A DNA stretch of 64,000 bases. It comes from Candidatus Bathyarchaeota archaeon (GTDB lineage: Archaea > Thermoproteota > Bathyarchaeia > Bathyarchaeales > Bathycorpusculaceae). The notes below the pieces were generated by a model, which saw only the letters and a list, made by a program, of their open reading frames with translations, ran no database searches and had not been told where the DNA came from. This document shows, piece after piece, positions 32,101-42,293 of the stretch. Position numbers and translations under genes: made by a program. The stretch lies in assembly GCA_963702095.1 (NCBI GenBank), contig OY969706.1, positions 2,368,001-2,432,000 of the forward strand. The letters run 5' to 3'. Every line of letters begins with the position of its first letter. Positions within the stretch are counted from its first letter, which is position 1.

Positions 32101-33474
32101 CGTCAAGGCACAAGTTGCGGTCGTCTGGTAGGCTGCCGATTACGTGGGATATGCAGAGGGGTGCGCCTTTGTAGCGGGTGCAACTGACTTTGGCGCTGAG
32201 CATAGAGACGACGTCGAGCATGTAGTCCCATTCGACAAAGAGGTAAATGCGGATCAAGCCATCCGTGTTATAGAGCAGTGCTGAGTCTGCGCCTGCACTT
32301 GGGCTATCCTCTGGGAGTCCGCCGTATCCTGTGCCCGTGAGCCAAGGCATCCATCGGCTCTTGCTTGAGTAGAGGCTTTTGGGGCGGATGCCACCGAGCA
32401 TGTATTGGGCGCGTTGGATGAGCCAATCGAGTTTGGCGCCGATGATTGGGTCAGTTGAGAGTTCATGGACTTTTTGGGGGTCTTTGGCTTGGATGGTTTT
32501 GAATTCGTAGGGCCGCAAGTAGGCGGTGTCGACTACGGCTTTTAGTTTGGCGAGGTCCTCGAGTTTGGCGACTCCATAATGCCCCAGTGCCTTCTGTTCG
32601 CCACGGCTCAGATTGAGCAGGGCGATGCTTTCGGACTCGACGGCGCAGACGATGCAGCATTCGTTGAAGCCGCAGTTGTCACATCCACAGCAAAGCTGGT
32701 ACTCCACCTGTTCGATGGGTGTGTGGTGGATGCGGTTGAGTTCGCCGTTTTTAGCCAGCAGCCGCTCCACATCTTGGATTAGTGGGCTTAGCTTGAATTT
32801 CGGCAGGTTATCAGCGCTTAGGCTGCCCAGGTTGGTTTCGCGGTTGATCACCCCGCCTTCCAACTCAACACTTGACGCCAACACACCGAGTTCTTGGGTA
32901 AGTAGCAGTATGTAGATGGCGACTTGGATTCGGTGGGCAGTCTGCTCTCTCCATGAGGATTTGAGTTCAAAAATGCGGATTTTGACTTTGCCATCTTTTA
33001 GGGGCCAAACTGCGATTAAGTCGGCGATGCCTTTGACTTCCCACACGCCGATGGGCCCCTTCATGGGCACCTGGTAGAGAAGAATCGGCCTCTGGTCGGC
33101 TTTTTCTCCCTGTGAAAGCTGGTGTTCGATTACGTAGCGGAGGTTATTCATGGAGTCAACAGCTTTTTCCCATCCCCGCTTCCCATATTTGTTAGGGTCG
33201 TAAATGGTGAAGTCCACGTAGTCGGTGGCTTTCTCTTTGAGTTCCGCCACCTTTTTCTCTTCTAAGGCTTTGCCGGTGCCGTAGAGCAGTGGGCTGATGG
33301 GTTTGAAGGCTTCGGCCAAACCCGTTTTTTGACTTCTTTGCCTTCAAATTTGAGTTTGAAGAATCTGGGGCAGCAGTTGAAGCGGATGTACTCGGCGATT
33401 CCCGACGCGGTTAAGCCGCCTTCGTAATCGTCCTCTTCGTCGGGTAATTCTATGCTGAAGTCTTCGCCGCTCAC
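29129..33474 (-). CDS. RecB/Cas4-like PD-(D/E)XK nuclease fused to an SF1B (Dna2/Nam7-type) helicase, ~1450 aa, one-base frameshift near 33315
   Basis: TASGIAEYIRFNCCPR, IADLI, ELKSS, QVAIY, CCGCDNCGFNECC; QGPPGTGKT, VDEASM, GDHRQLPP, TVERYQG, RINVAISR. Confidence 0.85.
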
Positions 33475-33621
33475 TTTAGCCCTCCTCAGGTAAGTCCTAT
33501 GTTGTTGTCTTATTTTGGGCGGAGACTATTGTATTTACCGCTGGTATAGCCGAAAAAACGCTTTTAGAAAACAAGAGGTAGAATGGGGAAAGAGGGGTTG
33601 GAATAAAAAACTGGTTCGGGT

Positions 33622-33753
33622 CTGCTTGCGGCTTATTGCACAACCAGCCTGCAAACGCCAAAACCAGCCAAACCCAAAACACAGCCGCCCACACAGCCCA
33701 CTGGTTGTTGTTGTGTATAGGCGGTTTCCGCCAACAACAACTATAGAGTAAAA
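33622..33753 (+). repeat. Dispersed element, copy C
   Basis: GCTTG-N10-CACAACCAGCCTGCAA..CAGCCGCC..GTTGTTGTTGTGTATAGGCGGTTTCCGCCAACAACAACTATAG. Confidence 0.88.
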
Positions 33754-33835
33754 CAGTACACAGCACTTTAACATGTTTTCTAGGCATAGCAGATATAAGG
33801 AACCCCACCAAATATTTCGGCACAGAAGTGTCAGT

Positions 33836-34015
33836 ATGTCAGAAAAACTGTCATTAGTTACATGTACAAGCTGCGGTAAACCAATTCCGCCGGGCAGCGA
33901 ATCAACAAAGTTCCTCTGCCCCAACTGCGGCGAAATCCAAATTAAACGCGACGGAAAATGCCGCAAATTCGGCAGACTCTACAGATGCCCCAAATGCGGG
34001 TTCCAAGGACCATAA
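33836..34015 (+). CDS. Small double Zn-ribbon protein (DUF1610-like) upstream of aEF-1beta
   Basis: CTSC, FLCPNCG, YRCPKCGFQGP; conserved archaeal synteny with EF-1beta. Confidence 0.88.
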   Translation: MSEKLSLVTCTSCGKPIPPGSESTKFLCPNCGEIQIKRDGKCRKFGRLYRCPKCGFQGP

Positions 34016-34027
34016 GGCGAGTAACCC

Positions 34028-34306
34028 ATGGGCGCAATCCTAGTAGTCTACAAAGTTTTTCCCGAAGACATCGTGGAAGACTTTGAACCCCTAAAGGAAA
34101 AAATCAAAGCAGTTCTGCCACAGTTCAGCTCCATCGAAGGCTGGGGAACAGAAGAGATTGCCTTCGGACTCAAAGCACTGCTTGTCCAAGTCCGCTTCCC
34201 TGAGGACAAAACAGGCATCGTTGAAGAATTCGAAACCGCATTGGCAAAAATCCCCGGTGTAAGCCAAGCTGAAGCCTTCAACATTCGTCGAACAAGCAGA
34301 GACTAA
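34028..34306 (+). CDS. ef1b: Translation elongation factor aEF-1beta
   Basis: EEIAFGLKAL motif; 92 aa. Confidence 0.92.
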   Translation: MGAILVVYKVFPEDIVEDFEPLKEKIKAVLPQFSSIEGWGTEEIAFGLKALLVQVRFPEDKTGIVEEFETALAKIPGVSQAEAFNIRRTSRD

Positions 34307-34374
34307 ACCCTTTTTCAATTAAACCCAAAATTTCTTCTTTAAAGAAGCACCTGAATGTTATTGGCGCTACGCTT

Positions 34375-34390
34375 GAAAGTTTATATATTA
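34375..34390 (+). promoter_or_regulatory. BRE-TATA promoter of cdc48
   Basis: GAAAG-TTTATATA about 55 nt upstream of the ATG. Confidence 0.6.
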
Positions 34391-34445
34391 ATCCGTTCTT
34401 TTTCAAACACACCTAAGTCAGAGAACTTATTTGGAGAACTTGTAG

Positions 34446-36650
34446 ATGAGTGAAGTTCAACTACGCGTCGGAGACGCACGGCAAAGAGATGTTGGCAGAG
34501 GAATCGCCCGCATAGACCAGCGTACCATGCAGAAACTCGGCATAAGCGCTGGAGACGTTATCGAAATTGTTAACAAACGCACAACAAGCGCCATCGCTTG
34601 GCCAGCTTACAGTGAAGACCAAAACCGCGACATCATCCGCATCGACGGCTTCACACGTAAAAACAGCGGAGTAGCCATCAACGAATACGTTGTGATACGC
34701 CCAGCCAAAGTTAAAACCGCGTTGGCACTCACGTTGGCGCCGGTGGATATGCGCCTAAACGTGGACGAAGACTTCACCAACTTCGTCAAAAACCGCCTTA
34801 TGGAACGCACACTCGTCGAAGGCGACACCACCCTAGTCATGATGCTAGGACACGCCATTCCATTCACAGTTTCAAAAACCCGACCCCACGGCATCATAAA
34901 AGTCACAACCGAAACCCGCCTAACAATCCTAAACGAACCCGCACCCGAAGGCAAAGGATTACCCCGCACAACCTACGAGGACATCGGCGGGCTCCACGAG
35001 GAAATACAGCGCGTACGCGAAATGGTCGAGTTGCCGCTGCGTCACCCAGAGTTGTTCCAGCGACTCGGCATCGAACCACCCAAAGGCGTCCTGCTACATG
35101 GTCCACCAGGCTGTGGCAAAACACTCTTAGCCAGAGCAGTCGCCAACGAATCCGAAGCCAACTTCTACAGCATCAACGGACCCGAAATCATGAGTAAATT
35201 CTACGGTGAATCCGAAGCACGCCTCCGAGAGATCTTCCAGCAAGCCCAACAGAACGCACCCAGCATCATATTCGTCGATGAACTCGACGCCATCGCGCCT
35301 AAACGTGAGGAAGTTACAGGTGAAGTGGAAAGACGTGTAGTCGCCCAATTACTGGCGCTTATGGACGGCTTATCTGGCAGAGGCAACGTTATCGTCATCG
35401 GCGCAACTAACCGTCCAGGCGCACTGGATCCGGCGCTTCGAAGACCCGGCAGATTTGACCGTGAAATCGAAATCAGCGTCCCTGACAAGAAGGGAAGATA
35501 CGAAGTGCTGCAAATTCACACCCGCGGCATGCCACTTCATGGGATAGACGTTCCTGAAGACCAAAAAACAGGTGCAGATGTTGACCTCAAGAAACTCGCA
35601 GGCATGACTCACGGCTACACCGGCGCAGACCTCTCCGCGCTCAGCCGAGAAACCGCCATGAAAGCCCTCCGCCGCTACCTCCCCCAGATTAACCTCGAAG
35701 AAGAACGCATCCCACCAGCGGTGCTAGAAAAAATGGAGGTTAACATGGAGGACTTCGTAGGCGCATACAAAGAAGTCACCCCGACAGCCATGCGTGAGGT
35801 CTACATCGAAGTCTCAACGGTCCACTGGGATGATGCAGGCGGATTAGAAGACGTGAAACAGCACCTCAAAGAAGCCGTGGAGTGGCCGCTTAAAAACCCT
35901 GAAATGTTCACTCGACTGGGCATCAGACCGCCTAGAGGCATCTTGCTGTATGGTCCTCCAGGCTGTGGCAAAACACTCTTAGCCAGAGCAGTGGCAACGG
36001 AGAGCGAAGCCAACTTTATCTCCATCAAAGGACCTGAAGTCTTCAGCAAATGGGTCGGCGAATCTGAGAAGGCAATCCGCGAAGTCTTCCGCAAAGCAAG
36101 AATGGCGGCGCCCGCGGTTATTTTCCTCGACGAAATCGACTCGCTCACGCCCCGTCGTGGTATGGGTATGAGTGACAGCGGCGTATCCGAACGCGTCATA
36201 AGCCAGCTTTTGACTGAAATGGACGGTTTAACGGCTTTGCAAGATATCGTTGTGATTGCTGCGACTAACCGTCCTGACATGGTGGATGGCGCAGTCATCC
36301 GCCCCGGCAGATTCGACCGTTTGATCTATGTGCCTGAACCAGATGATAAGAGCCGTCTACAAATCTTTAAGCTCTACACCAAGGGCATGCCAATCGACGC
36401 CGATGTTGATTTGAACCAGTTGACGATAATGACGAAGTACTACAGTGGCGCTGACATTGAATCGTTGTGCCGTGAAGCTGCGATGCACGCGTTACGTGCG
36501 GATGTTAACAGCAGCATTGTCAAGATGAAGGATTTCCAAGACGCTATGAAAGAGATGGGCCCATCGATTACACCTGACATGGAGAAGTGGTATAAGAGTT
36601 TCATGCAGCAACTCCGACAAGTACAAAAGCCACAAACCCCAGTTGCATAG
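34446..36650 (+). CDS. cdc48: AAA ATPase Cdc48/VAT
   Basis: N-domain plus two [11 protein letters not shown] modules, RPGRFDR. Confidence 0.96.
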   Translation: MSEVQLRVGDARQRDVGRGIARIDQRTMQKLGISAGDVIEIVNKRTTSAIAWPAYSEDQNRDIIRIDGFTRKNSGVAINEYVVIRPAKVKTALALTLAPVDMRLNVDEDFTNFVKNRLMERTLVEGDTTLVMMLGHAIPFTVSKTRPHGIIKVTTETRLTILNEPAPEGKGLPRTTYEDIGGLHEEIQRVREMVELPLRHPELFQRLGIEPPKGVLLHGPPGCGKTLLARAVANESEANFYSINGPEIMSKFYGESEARLREIFQQAQQNAPSIIFVDELDAIAPKREEVTGEVERRVVAQLLALMDGLSGRGNVIVIGATNRPGALDPALRRPGRFDREIEISVPDKKGRYEVLQIHTRGMPLHGIDVPEDQKTGADVDLKKLAGMTHGYTGADLSALSRETAMKALRRYLPQINLEEERIPPAVLEKMEVNMEDFVGAYKEVTPTAMREVYIEVSTVHWDDAGGLEDVKQHLKEAVEWPLKNPEMFTRLGIRPPRGILLYGPPGCGKTLLARAVATESEANFISIKGPEVFSKWVGESEKAIREVFRKARMAAPAVIFLDEIDSLTPRRGMGMSDSGVSERVISQLLTEMDGLTALQDIVVIAATNRPDMVDGAVIRPGRFDRLIYVPEPDDKSRLQIFKLYTKGMPIDADVDLNQLTIMTKYYSGADIESLCREAAMHALRADVNSSIVKMKDFQDAMKEMGPSITPDMEKWYKSFMQQLRQVQKPQTPVA

Positions 36651-36664
36651 GAAGGAACACTTGT

Positions 36665-36901
36665 ATGCCACAGATGAAAACTTGGAAAACCCGCCCCGCC
36701 TACTTCTTCATATTAGAGATACTGCAGAAGAAAGGCGACATGACCGACGACGACCTCTTTGAACAGCTAAAAGACGAATACGAAGATTTGGGCTTCAAAG
36801 ACTTCAACCAGTTGCTCCTCAACCTTGAAGTCAGCGGGAAAATCCGCGCTTCCTCGATGGCACGGGGCAAACGCCGCGTCGAACTCGTCCACCACCCATA
36901 G
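36665..36901 (+). CDS. Small winged-helix protein downstream of cdc48
   Basis: 78 aa; ILEILQKKG...LLNLEVSGKI pattern. Confidence 0.75.
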   Translation: MPQMKTWKTRPAYFFILEILQKKGDMTDDDLFEQLKDEYEDLGFKDFNQLLLNLEVSGKIRASSMARGKRRVELVHHP

Positions 36902-36971
36902 GGCTTTTTAACCCTTCACTTCTTGATTTTAGTTTTTTCGGTTCTTTTCTCTTTATGTGGGTGTGACAACC

Positions 36972-37121
36972 TTAGAAATGCCACAAGACCGCAATTGGGC
37001 ACGGTTGCTTTTTGCGTTTGCAACGTTTCTCAGCGCCCTTTACGGTGTGAGAAAATCGTTTTCCTCCACACCCCCAACATGCCTCCATGCAGAGCCAGGC
37101 ACGATGTGTATGTGAAACCAT
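36972..37121 (-). CDS. Possible 49-aa Cys-rich basic microprotein
   Basis: MVSHTHRAWLCMEACWGCGGKRFSHTVKGAEKRCKRKKQPCPIAVLWHF*. Confidence 0.35.
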   Translation of the reverse strand: MVSHTHRAWLCMEACWGCGGKRFSHTVKGAEKRCKRKKQPCPIAVLWHF

Positions 37122-37263
37122 GTATCATTTGCTTTCTTAGCGAGAAAGTGAACAGCGACAGAAAGCACAATAAGCGGGCACTATTCATAGAATACTTAAG
37201 GAGTTAGCCCTCTGATTAGATCAAGTAATAAAATTTAACTATGTATGAGTCTCATGCAAGGAT

Positions 37264-37490
37264 ATGGCAACTAAGACGATAAGCATTACACAGGAAGCCC
37301 ACGATGCCTTGCTGCGCGAAAGAATGGGCAAGGAACCTTCTCAGACACAATTCTGCGCTTAACGAAGGAATCAGGAAGACTGGTAGACAGCTTTGGGGTA
37401 TGGAAGATGACAGACCAAGAGGCAAAAAACATTGAAGCTGCCCTTGCCAAAGGTAGGTTGGCGGCAAACAGAAAAAAGAATAACCAGTGA
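37264..37490 (+). pseudogene. Orphan VapB-type antitoxin (DUF217-like), frameshifted, no intact toxin downstream
   Basis: MATKTISITQEAHDALLRER..KE / FSDTILRL..L..SFGVW; 227 nt implies a 1-nt deletion; TGTATGAG-T-CTCATGCA palindrome upstream. Confidence 0.7.
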
Positions 37491-37593
37491 GATGCCGCGG
37501 ACTGATTTAGTTTTGGTAAAACAAAGACCGGTAAAAGTTTTCGCAATCCTCTTTAACTTGTTTTTTTCCTAATCTATTTCGTGGTGTTCTCCT

Positions 37594-38619
37594 TTGGGCG
37601 TTAACTTCAAAGACCTCATCCCTAAAACCCCCGTCAAACTCGAAGACCTCTCAGGCAAAGTCATAGCCATAGATGCGTACAACGCCATCTACCAGTTCCT
37701 AAGCATCATCCGCCAACCCGACGGCACCCCCCTAAAAAACAGCAAAGACCAAATCACCAGCCACCTAAGCGGCTTGTTCTACCGCACCAGCAACCTCATA
37801 GAAATGGGTATAAAACCAATCTATGTTTTTGACGGTAAAGCCCCAGTTTTAAAATCCAAAGAGGTTGAGCGGCGACGTCAGGTTAAGGTTGAGGCGGTTG
37901 TGAGTTATGCAAAGGCAGTGGCAAGCGGCGATACAGAAAAGATGCGGCAGTATGCTCAGGTTGCAACCACTATGAAGCCGTATATGGTGCCGGACAGCAA
38001 AACACTCTTAGAGTTGATGGGGTTGCCTTGGATTCAGGCACCCAGCGAAGGAGAAGCGCAGGCGGCTTACATGAACAAGAAAGGCGACTCAGACTACTGT
38101 GCCAGCCAAGACTACGATAGCCTCCTCTTCGGAGCACCCAAATTGCTCAGAAACGTCACTATCTCAGGGCGACGAAGGCGGGGGAAAGTCTTCATTGAGG
38201 TAGTGCCCGAAGTAGTTGAATTGCGCAAAACACTAAACGAATGCGGACTGAGCCATGAACAGTTGATTGATGTTGGCATCTTGATCGGGACAGACTTCAA
38301 TGACAGCATCAAAGGGCTCGGACCCAAAACTGCGCTTAAACTCATAAAGCAATACGGCACCATAGAAAACGCGTTGCCACACCTTGACGGAGTCACCTAT
38401 GCAGACCAAATAGAGCAAATCCGAAGTATTTTCCTGCATCCTGAGGTTACCGATGACTATAAAATCGAGTGGAGAGAACCCAACGAATCAGGTTTAGTTA
38501 GCTTTCTGTGTAGCGAAAAAGAGTTCGGTGAGGAACGCATCAAGAAATCGATTGAACGCATGACGGCGGGCAGCAAAAAACAGAAGGGCAAGGTTTCGCT
38601 GGAAAAATGGTTTGGCTAA
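37594..38619 (+). CDS. fen: Flap endonuclease 1
   Basis: AIDAYN, EGEAQAA, SQDYDSLLFG, GTDFN, C-terminal PIP-like SLEKWF. Confidence 0.96.
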   Translation: MGVNFKDLIPKTPVKLEDLSGKVIAIDAYNAIYQFLSIIRQPDGTPLKNSKDQITSHLSGLFYRTSNLIEMGIKPIYVFDGKAPVLKSKEVERRRQVKVEAVVSYAKAVASGDTEKMRQYAQVATTMKPYMVPDSKTLLELMGLPWIQAPSEGEAQAAYMNKKGDSDYCASQDYDSLLFGAPKLLRNVTISGRRRRGKVFIEVVPEVVELRKTLNECGLSHEQLIDVGILIGTDFNDSIKGLGPKTALKLIKQYGTIENALPHLDGVTYADQIEQIRSIFLHPEVTDDYKIEWREPNESGLVSFLCSEKEFGEERIKKSIERMTAGSKKQKGKVSLEKWFG

Positions 38620-38620
38620 A

Positions 38621-38764
38621 TTATTGGCTGAACTTTTTGCAGTTGCATCCGAGTACTGTGCATTCGTTGTCGTTTCTGTGGCTGCCTCTTGGGTGGTTAC
38701 AGTTACCGCAGTTTTTGAGCACTGTTTCTGAGAGGATTGCATCTCGGGTAAGCAAGTCACTCAT
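38621..38764 (-). CDS. 47-aa zinc-finger microprotein
   Basis: MSDLLTRDAILSETVLKNCGNCNHPRGSHRNDNECTVLGCNCKKFSQ*: CxxCxHx4H..Cx4CxCxxF; fills the glmS-fen gap. Confidence 0.7.
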   Translation of the reverse strand: MSDLLTRDAILSETVLKNCGNCNHPRGSHRNDNECTVLGCNCKKFSQ

Positions 38765-38810
38765 AACACATACACCCTGCAATGGTTAAGTAAAGTAAGG
38801 GAGAAAAAGG

Positions 38811-40640
38811 TTACTTTACTGTAACCGATTTCGCGAGGTTGCGTGGCATGTCTGGGTTTAATCCCTTCTCTATGGCAACGTGGTACGCAAGCAGTTGCAG
38901 GGGTACCGCGTAGGGGATCGGCGAGAGCACTGGCGGGATGCCTTTTGGGACTTCTATGTAGTCGTCGGCTAAGCTTTTGACTTCTTCGTCGCCTTCTTCG
39001 ACTACGGCGATTATGTGGGCGCCTCGGGCTTTCATCTCCATAATGTTGCCTATAACGGTTCTATGGGTGTCGTCTCTGGGGCACACGAAAACGACGGGGA
39101 AGCCGTCTTCGACGAGGCTGATTGGGCCGTGTTTGCTTTCGCCCGCGGGGAACGCTATGCTGGGGATGTAGGCGATTTCCATGAGTTTGAGCCTGCCTTC
39201 AAAGGCGGTGGCGGTGCTTATGCCTCTGCCTAAGAAAAAGAACACTTTGCTGCTAGCGTATTTTTTGGCGATGTCTTTGATTTTGTCTTCTTGTGTGGCA
39301 ACGATGTATTGGACGTATTCGGGGAGTTTTTCAAGTTTTTCTTCTAGGGCGTCGATTTCGTCTTGGGATACTTTGCCTCGTTTCTTAGCCAGTTTAAGCG
39401 CAAGCTGCGCCAGCACTGAAAGTTGGGAGGTGAAGGTTTTGGTTGCTGCGACGCCGATTTCTGGTCCTGCCTGAGTGCCAATGTAGACTCGGCTGACACG
39501 GGTCAAGGTGGAGCCGATTACGTTGGTTAAGCTCAAAATTGTGGCGGCGCGTTGCTGGGCACAGCTGACGGCGGCTATGGTGTCGGCGGTTTCTCCTGAT
39601 TGGCTCACGGCAAGGATGGTGCTGTCAATGTTTACGGATTTGCCGCATTGCTCCAAAAACTCTGAGGCATACACGGGGTAAGTGGGCAGAAACGCCAGTT
39701 TGCTGAACATGTATGAGGCTGCGAGGCAGGCGTGGTAGCTTGTGCCGCATGCGACGAGGAATACTTCGTTGGCGCGGTCCAAGAAGGTGGAGAGTAAATC
39801 CAAATAGTGGTCTTGTATGCGGAGTGTGTTGCGTAGGGTTTCGGGTTGCTCGTTGATTTCTTTGATCATGAAGTGTGGATAGCCTTTTTTTACCGCCATC
39901 TCCGAGGTCCATTCAATGGTGATTGGTTCACGTTCGATTGGGACGCCGTCGGGGATCCGTTTGATTTGGTAGCCGTCAGCGGTTAAGATAACAAGTTCCA
40001 TGTTGTTGATCATGACGGCTTTGTTTGTTATTTCCAGAAAAGCAGGAATGTCGCTGGCGCAGAACACTCCTCTGCCGTTTATACCCAAAACCAAAGGACT
40101 CTCGTTTCTGGCACAGACGATTTTGTGGGGTTCACGGCTGGAGAGGATGGCGAATGCGTAGGAACCCTCTATACGCCTGAGGCTATCCATAACCACCTGC
40201 TCAAAAGATAGTTTGGGATTCTGCTTCCATGTTTCCTCGATTAAGTGTGCCATGACTTCAGTGTCGGTTTTGGAGACAAAGGTGTGGCCGAGGTTTTGGA
40301 GTTCGGATTTGAGGTCGAGGAAGTTTTCGATGATGCCGTTGTGGACGACGACGATGTCGCCTTTGCAGTCGGTGTGGGGGTGACTGTTAACTTTTAGGGG
40401 GGCGCCGTGTGTGGCCCATCTGGTGTGGCCGATGCCTATGGGTCCAGGCATGTCGTCGAGGTTGAGGAGTTTGTCGACTTCGTCAATTTTGCCTTGGTCC
40501 TTTTTTATGTTGATTTTACCTTCGTTTATGGTAGCGATGCCGACTGAGTCGTAACCGCGGTATTCGAGTCGTTTAAGCAAAGAATGGATTAGGGGTGCAG
40601 CGTTGCCTTCTTTTAAAACACAACCAAATATTCCACACAT
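38811..40640 (-). CDS. glmS: Glutamine-fructose-6-phosphate transaminase
   Basis: MCGIFG, GHTRWATHG, SQSGET, PRNLAKSVT. Confidence 0.97.
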   Translation of the reverse strand: MCGIFGCVLKEGNAAPLIHSLLKRLEYRGYDSVGIATINEGKINIKKDQGKIDEVDKLLNLDDMPGPIGIGHTRWATHGAPLKVNSHPHTDCKGDIVVVHNGIIENFLDLKSELQNLGHTFVSKTDTEVMAHLIEETWKQNPKLSFEQVVMDSLRRIEGSYAFAILSSREPHKIVCARNESPLVLGINGRGVFCASDIPAFLEITNKAVMINNMELVILTADGYQIKRIPDGVPIEREPITIEWTSEMAVKKGYPHFMIKEINEQPETLRNTLRIQDHYLDLLSTFLDRANEVFLVACGTSYHACLAASYMFSKLAFLPTYPVYASEFLEQCGKSVNIDSTILAVSQSGETADTIAAVSCAQQRAATILSLTNVIGSTLTRVSRVYIGTQAGPEIGVAATKTFTSQLSVLAQLALKLAKKRGKVSQDEIDALEEKLEKLPEYVQYIVATQEDKIKDIAKKYASSKVFFFLGRGISTATAFEGRLKLMEIAYIPSIAFPAGESKHGPISLVEDGFPVVFVCPRDDTHRTVIGNIMEMKARGAHIIAVVEEGDEEVKSLADDYIEVPKGIPPVLSPIPYAVPLQLLAYHVAIEKGLNPDMPRNLAKSVTVK

Positions 40641-40863
40641 TATCTATGACCTTCAACTTACTGTATATGACTAGCTTATGGAAGGCTGAATATCGGTTAT
40701 AAGCATTTTTAACATTTATGTTTGGTTGCTAACACTTTTTTTATAGCGGTATCTGCGGTGTTTATAAGCAATCGGCTGCTAAACGGCTGCTTTCCAAGCG
40801 TCACATGTAACTATTATAAACAAATTTTTTATAGTACCTCCGAGCTATTGCCATGACCACAAC

Positions 40864-41826
40864 ATGGGCAAAAAACTGCTTCTCCAAGACAACGGCACAA
40901 CCCAGCAAATCAAAGAAATCAGCATCCTAAACGACTCCCAAGAACTAAAAAATATGCTCGGCAACCTCAGCTGGAAAATCCTCACCCTTCTCTCCAAAAA
41001 AGAAATGTACCCCATAGAAATCGCCAAACACATAGGCATGCATGAACAAAAAGTCTACTACCACATCCGCAAACTCGCCAAAGCCGGCGCCATAAGCGTA
41101 GCCAAAGAAGAAAAAAAGAAAGGCGCCACAGCAAAATACTACAAAACCACTTCCCCAGCGTTCGGCATAGAGTTTCCCGGAGGATACATGCCCATCCAGA
41201 ACTTCTGCACCATAGGCATTGATGAGCAACTGCAGACGTTCTTCAAAGAATTCATCTTTGACGGCACCTTCGACGGGAAAATCGTCGTCGGCAGCCCCCA
41301 GCCTCATGGACCCTTCAAGACAAGCGCCCGAGACGGCCACTATGCTGCGCACTTGGCGTTGTTTTTGGGGCAATTTGCCAAGTTGCCTGTAGAGTTCGCG
41401 GTTAAGCTTGACGTGGACGTTAAGGTAGAGAAGGAAGAGAAGAATAATCTCATTTTAGTCGGTGGACCAGGCACCAACCTGTTAACGCAGGAAATCAACG
41501 AGTACCTTCCGATTAAATTTATCATGCAATCCTCTGAGCAGGGTTTTATGCTTGGCGGCTTATCAGCTAAGAAGACGGGGCAGGTTTACACCTCAGATGT
41601 GTCTGGGCTTGTAGCTAAAATAGTGAATCCTTGGGATCCCTCTAAACGCATAATCGTTTTAGCTGGCAACAAGGCCGTGGGAACCAAAGCATGTGTTATT
41701 GCGTTGACGAATTTGTGGCAGAAGACCCTACAGAAATATAAGGGTGAAGACACGTTTGCGGTTGTTATTGTCGGTTTTGACTTGGACGGCGACGGCAAAG
41801 TAGATTCAATCGAGGTACGAGAATAA
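40864..41826 (+). CDS. ArsR-like HTH protein fused to a C-terminal alpha/beta domain
   Basis: YPIEIAK..EQKVYYHIRKL..AG wHTH; NLILVGGPGTN; terminal DLDGDGKVD. Confidence 0.8.
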   Translation: MGKKLLLQDNGTTQQIKEISILNDSQELKNMLGNLSWKILTLLSKKEMYPIEIAKHIGMHEQKVYYHIRKLAKAGAISVAKEEKKKGATAKYYKTTSPAFGIEFPGGYMPIQNFCTIGIDEQLQTFFKEFIFDGTFDGKIVVGSPQPHGPFKTSARDGHYAAHLALFLGQFAKLPVEFAVKLDVDVKVEKEEKNNLILVGGPGTNLLTQEINEYLPIKFIMQSSEQGFMLGGLSAKKTGQVYTSDVSGLVAKIVNPWDPSKRIIVLAGNKAVGTKACVIALTNLWQKTLQKYKGEDTFAVVIVGFDLDGDGKVDSIEVRE

Positions 41827-42260
41827 TGGCGCCAAAAAAAATGGTTGAAGTCATCCATGCGTTTGGGCACCCAAACATCCGGTCAAGTCACCCAACCACG
41901 ATTATGTTCACTAAAGAGCGGCAGGTAACCCAACGCGGCGACTGCGTGGTGGCGGTAGCAGCGGACAAGGCGGTGGCTGATTTAAGCACAGAATTCAAGG
42001 AAGCACTACGGCAGCCCAATGCTAAATTAACTATAGAACTGGAAGTGGACGGTTTAGTGGGGCAAATAAACGCTTCTGGCTCCCCTGAGTTGACGCTAAA
42101 CCACCCAGACGATTTGGTGATACGGACAAGCGAGTTTGTTTCAGACAGAACCTTAGCCGTGAAAGCGGACAAATCATCTGGCGACCTCTCAAGAGCAGTT
42201 GTGGAAAAACTGAAAAACCCAAAACAACAAGTCACCTTAACCCTAACTGTAGAAACCTAA
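41826..42260 (+). CDS. DUF371-like conserved archaeal protein
   Basis: GHPNI...HPTT, T.RGDC, VIRTS.F.S.RT motifs. Confidence 0.82.
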   Translation: MAPKKMVEVIHAFGHPNIRSSHPTTIMFTKERQVTQRGDCVVAVAADKAVADLSTEFKEALRQPNAKLTIELEVDGLVGQINASGSPELTLNHPDDLVIRTSEFVSDRTLAVKADKSSGDLSRAVVEKLKNPKQQVTLTLTVET

Positions 42261-42293
42261 CGATTTCGGCGTAGCCCCAACCGTTAAGCCCAT

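Noticed and set aside
29129-33474. Cas4-like domain as evidence of a CRISPR-Cas locus
   Set aside because: No cas1/cas2, effector genes or array in the window; the domain is fused to an SF1B helicase.
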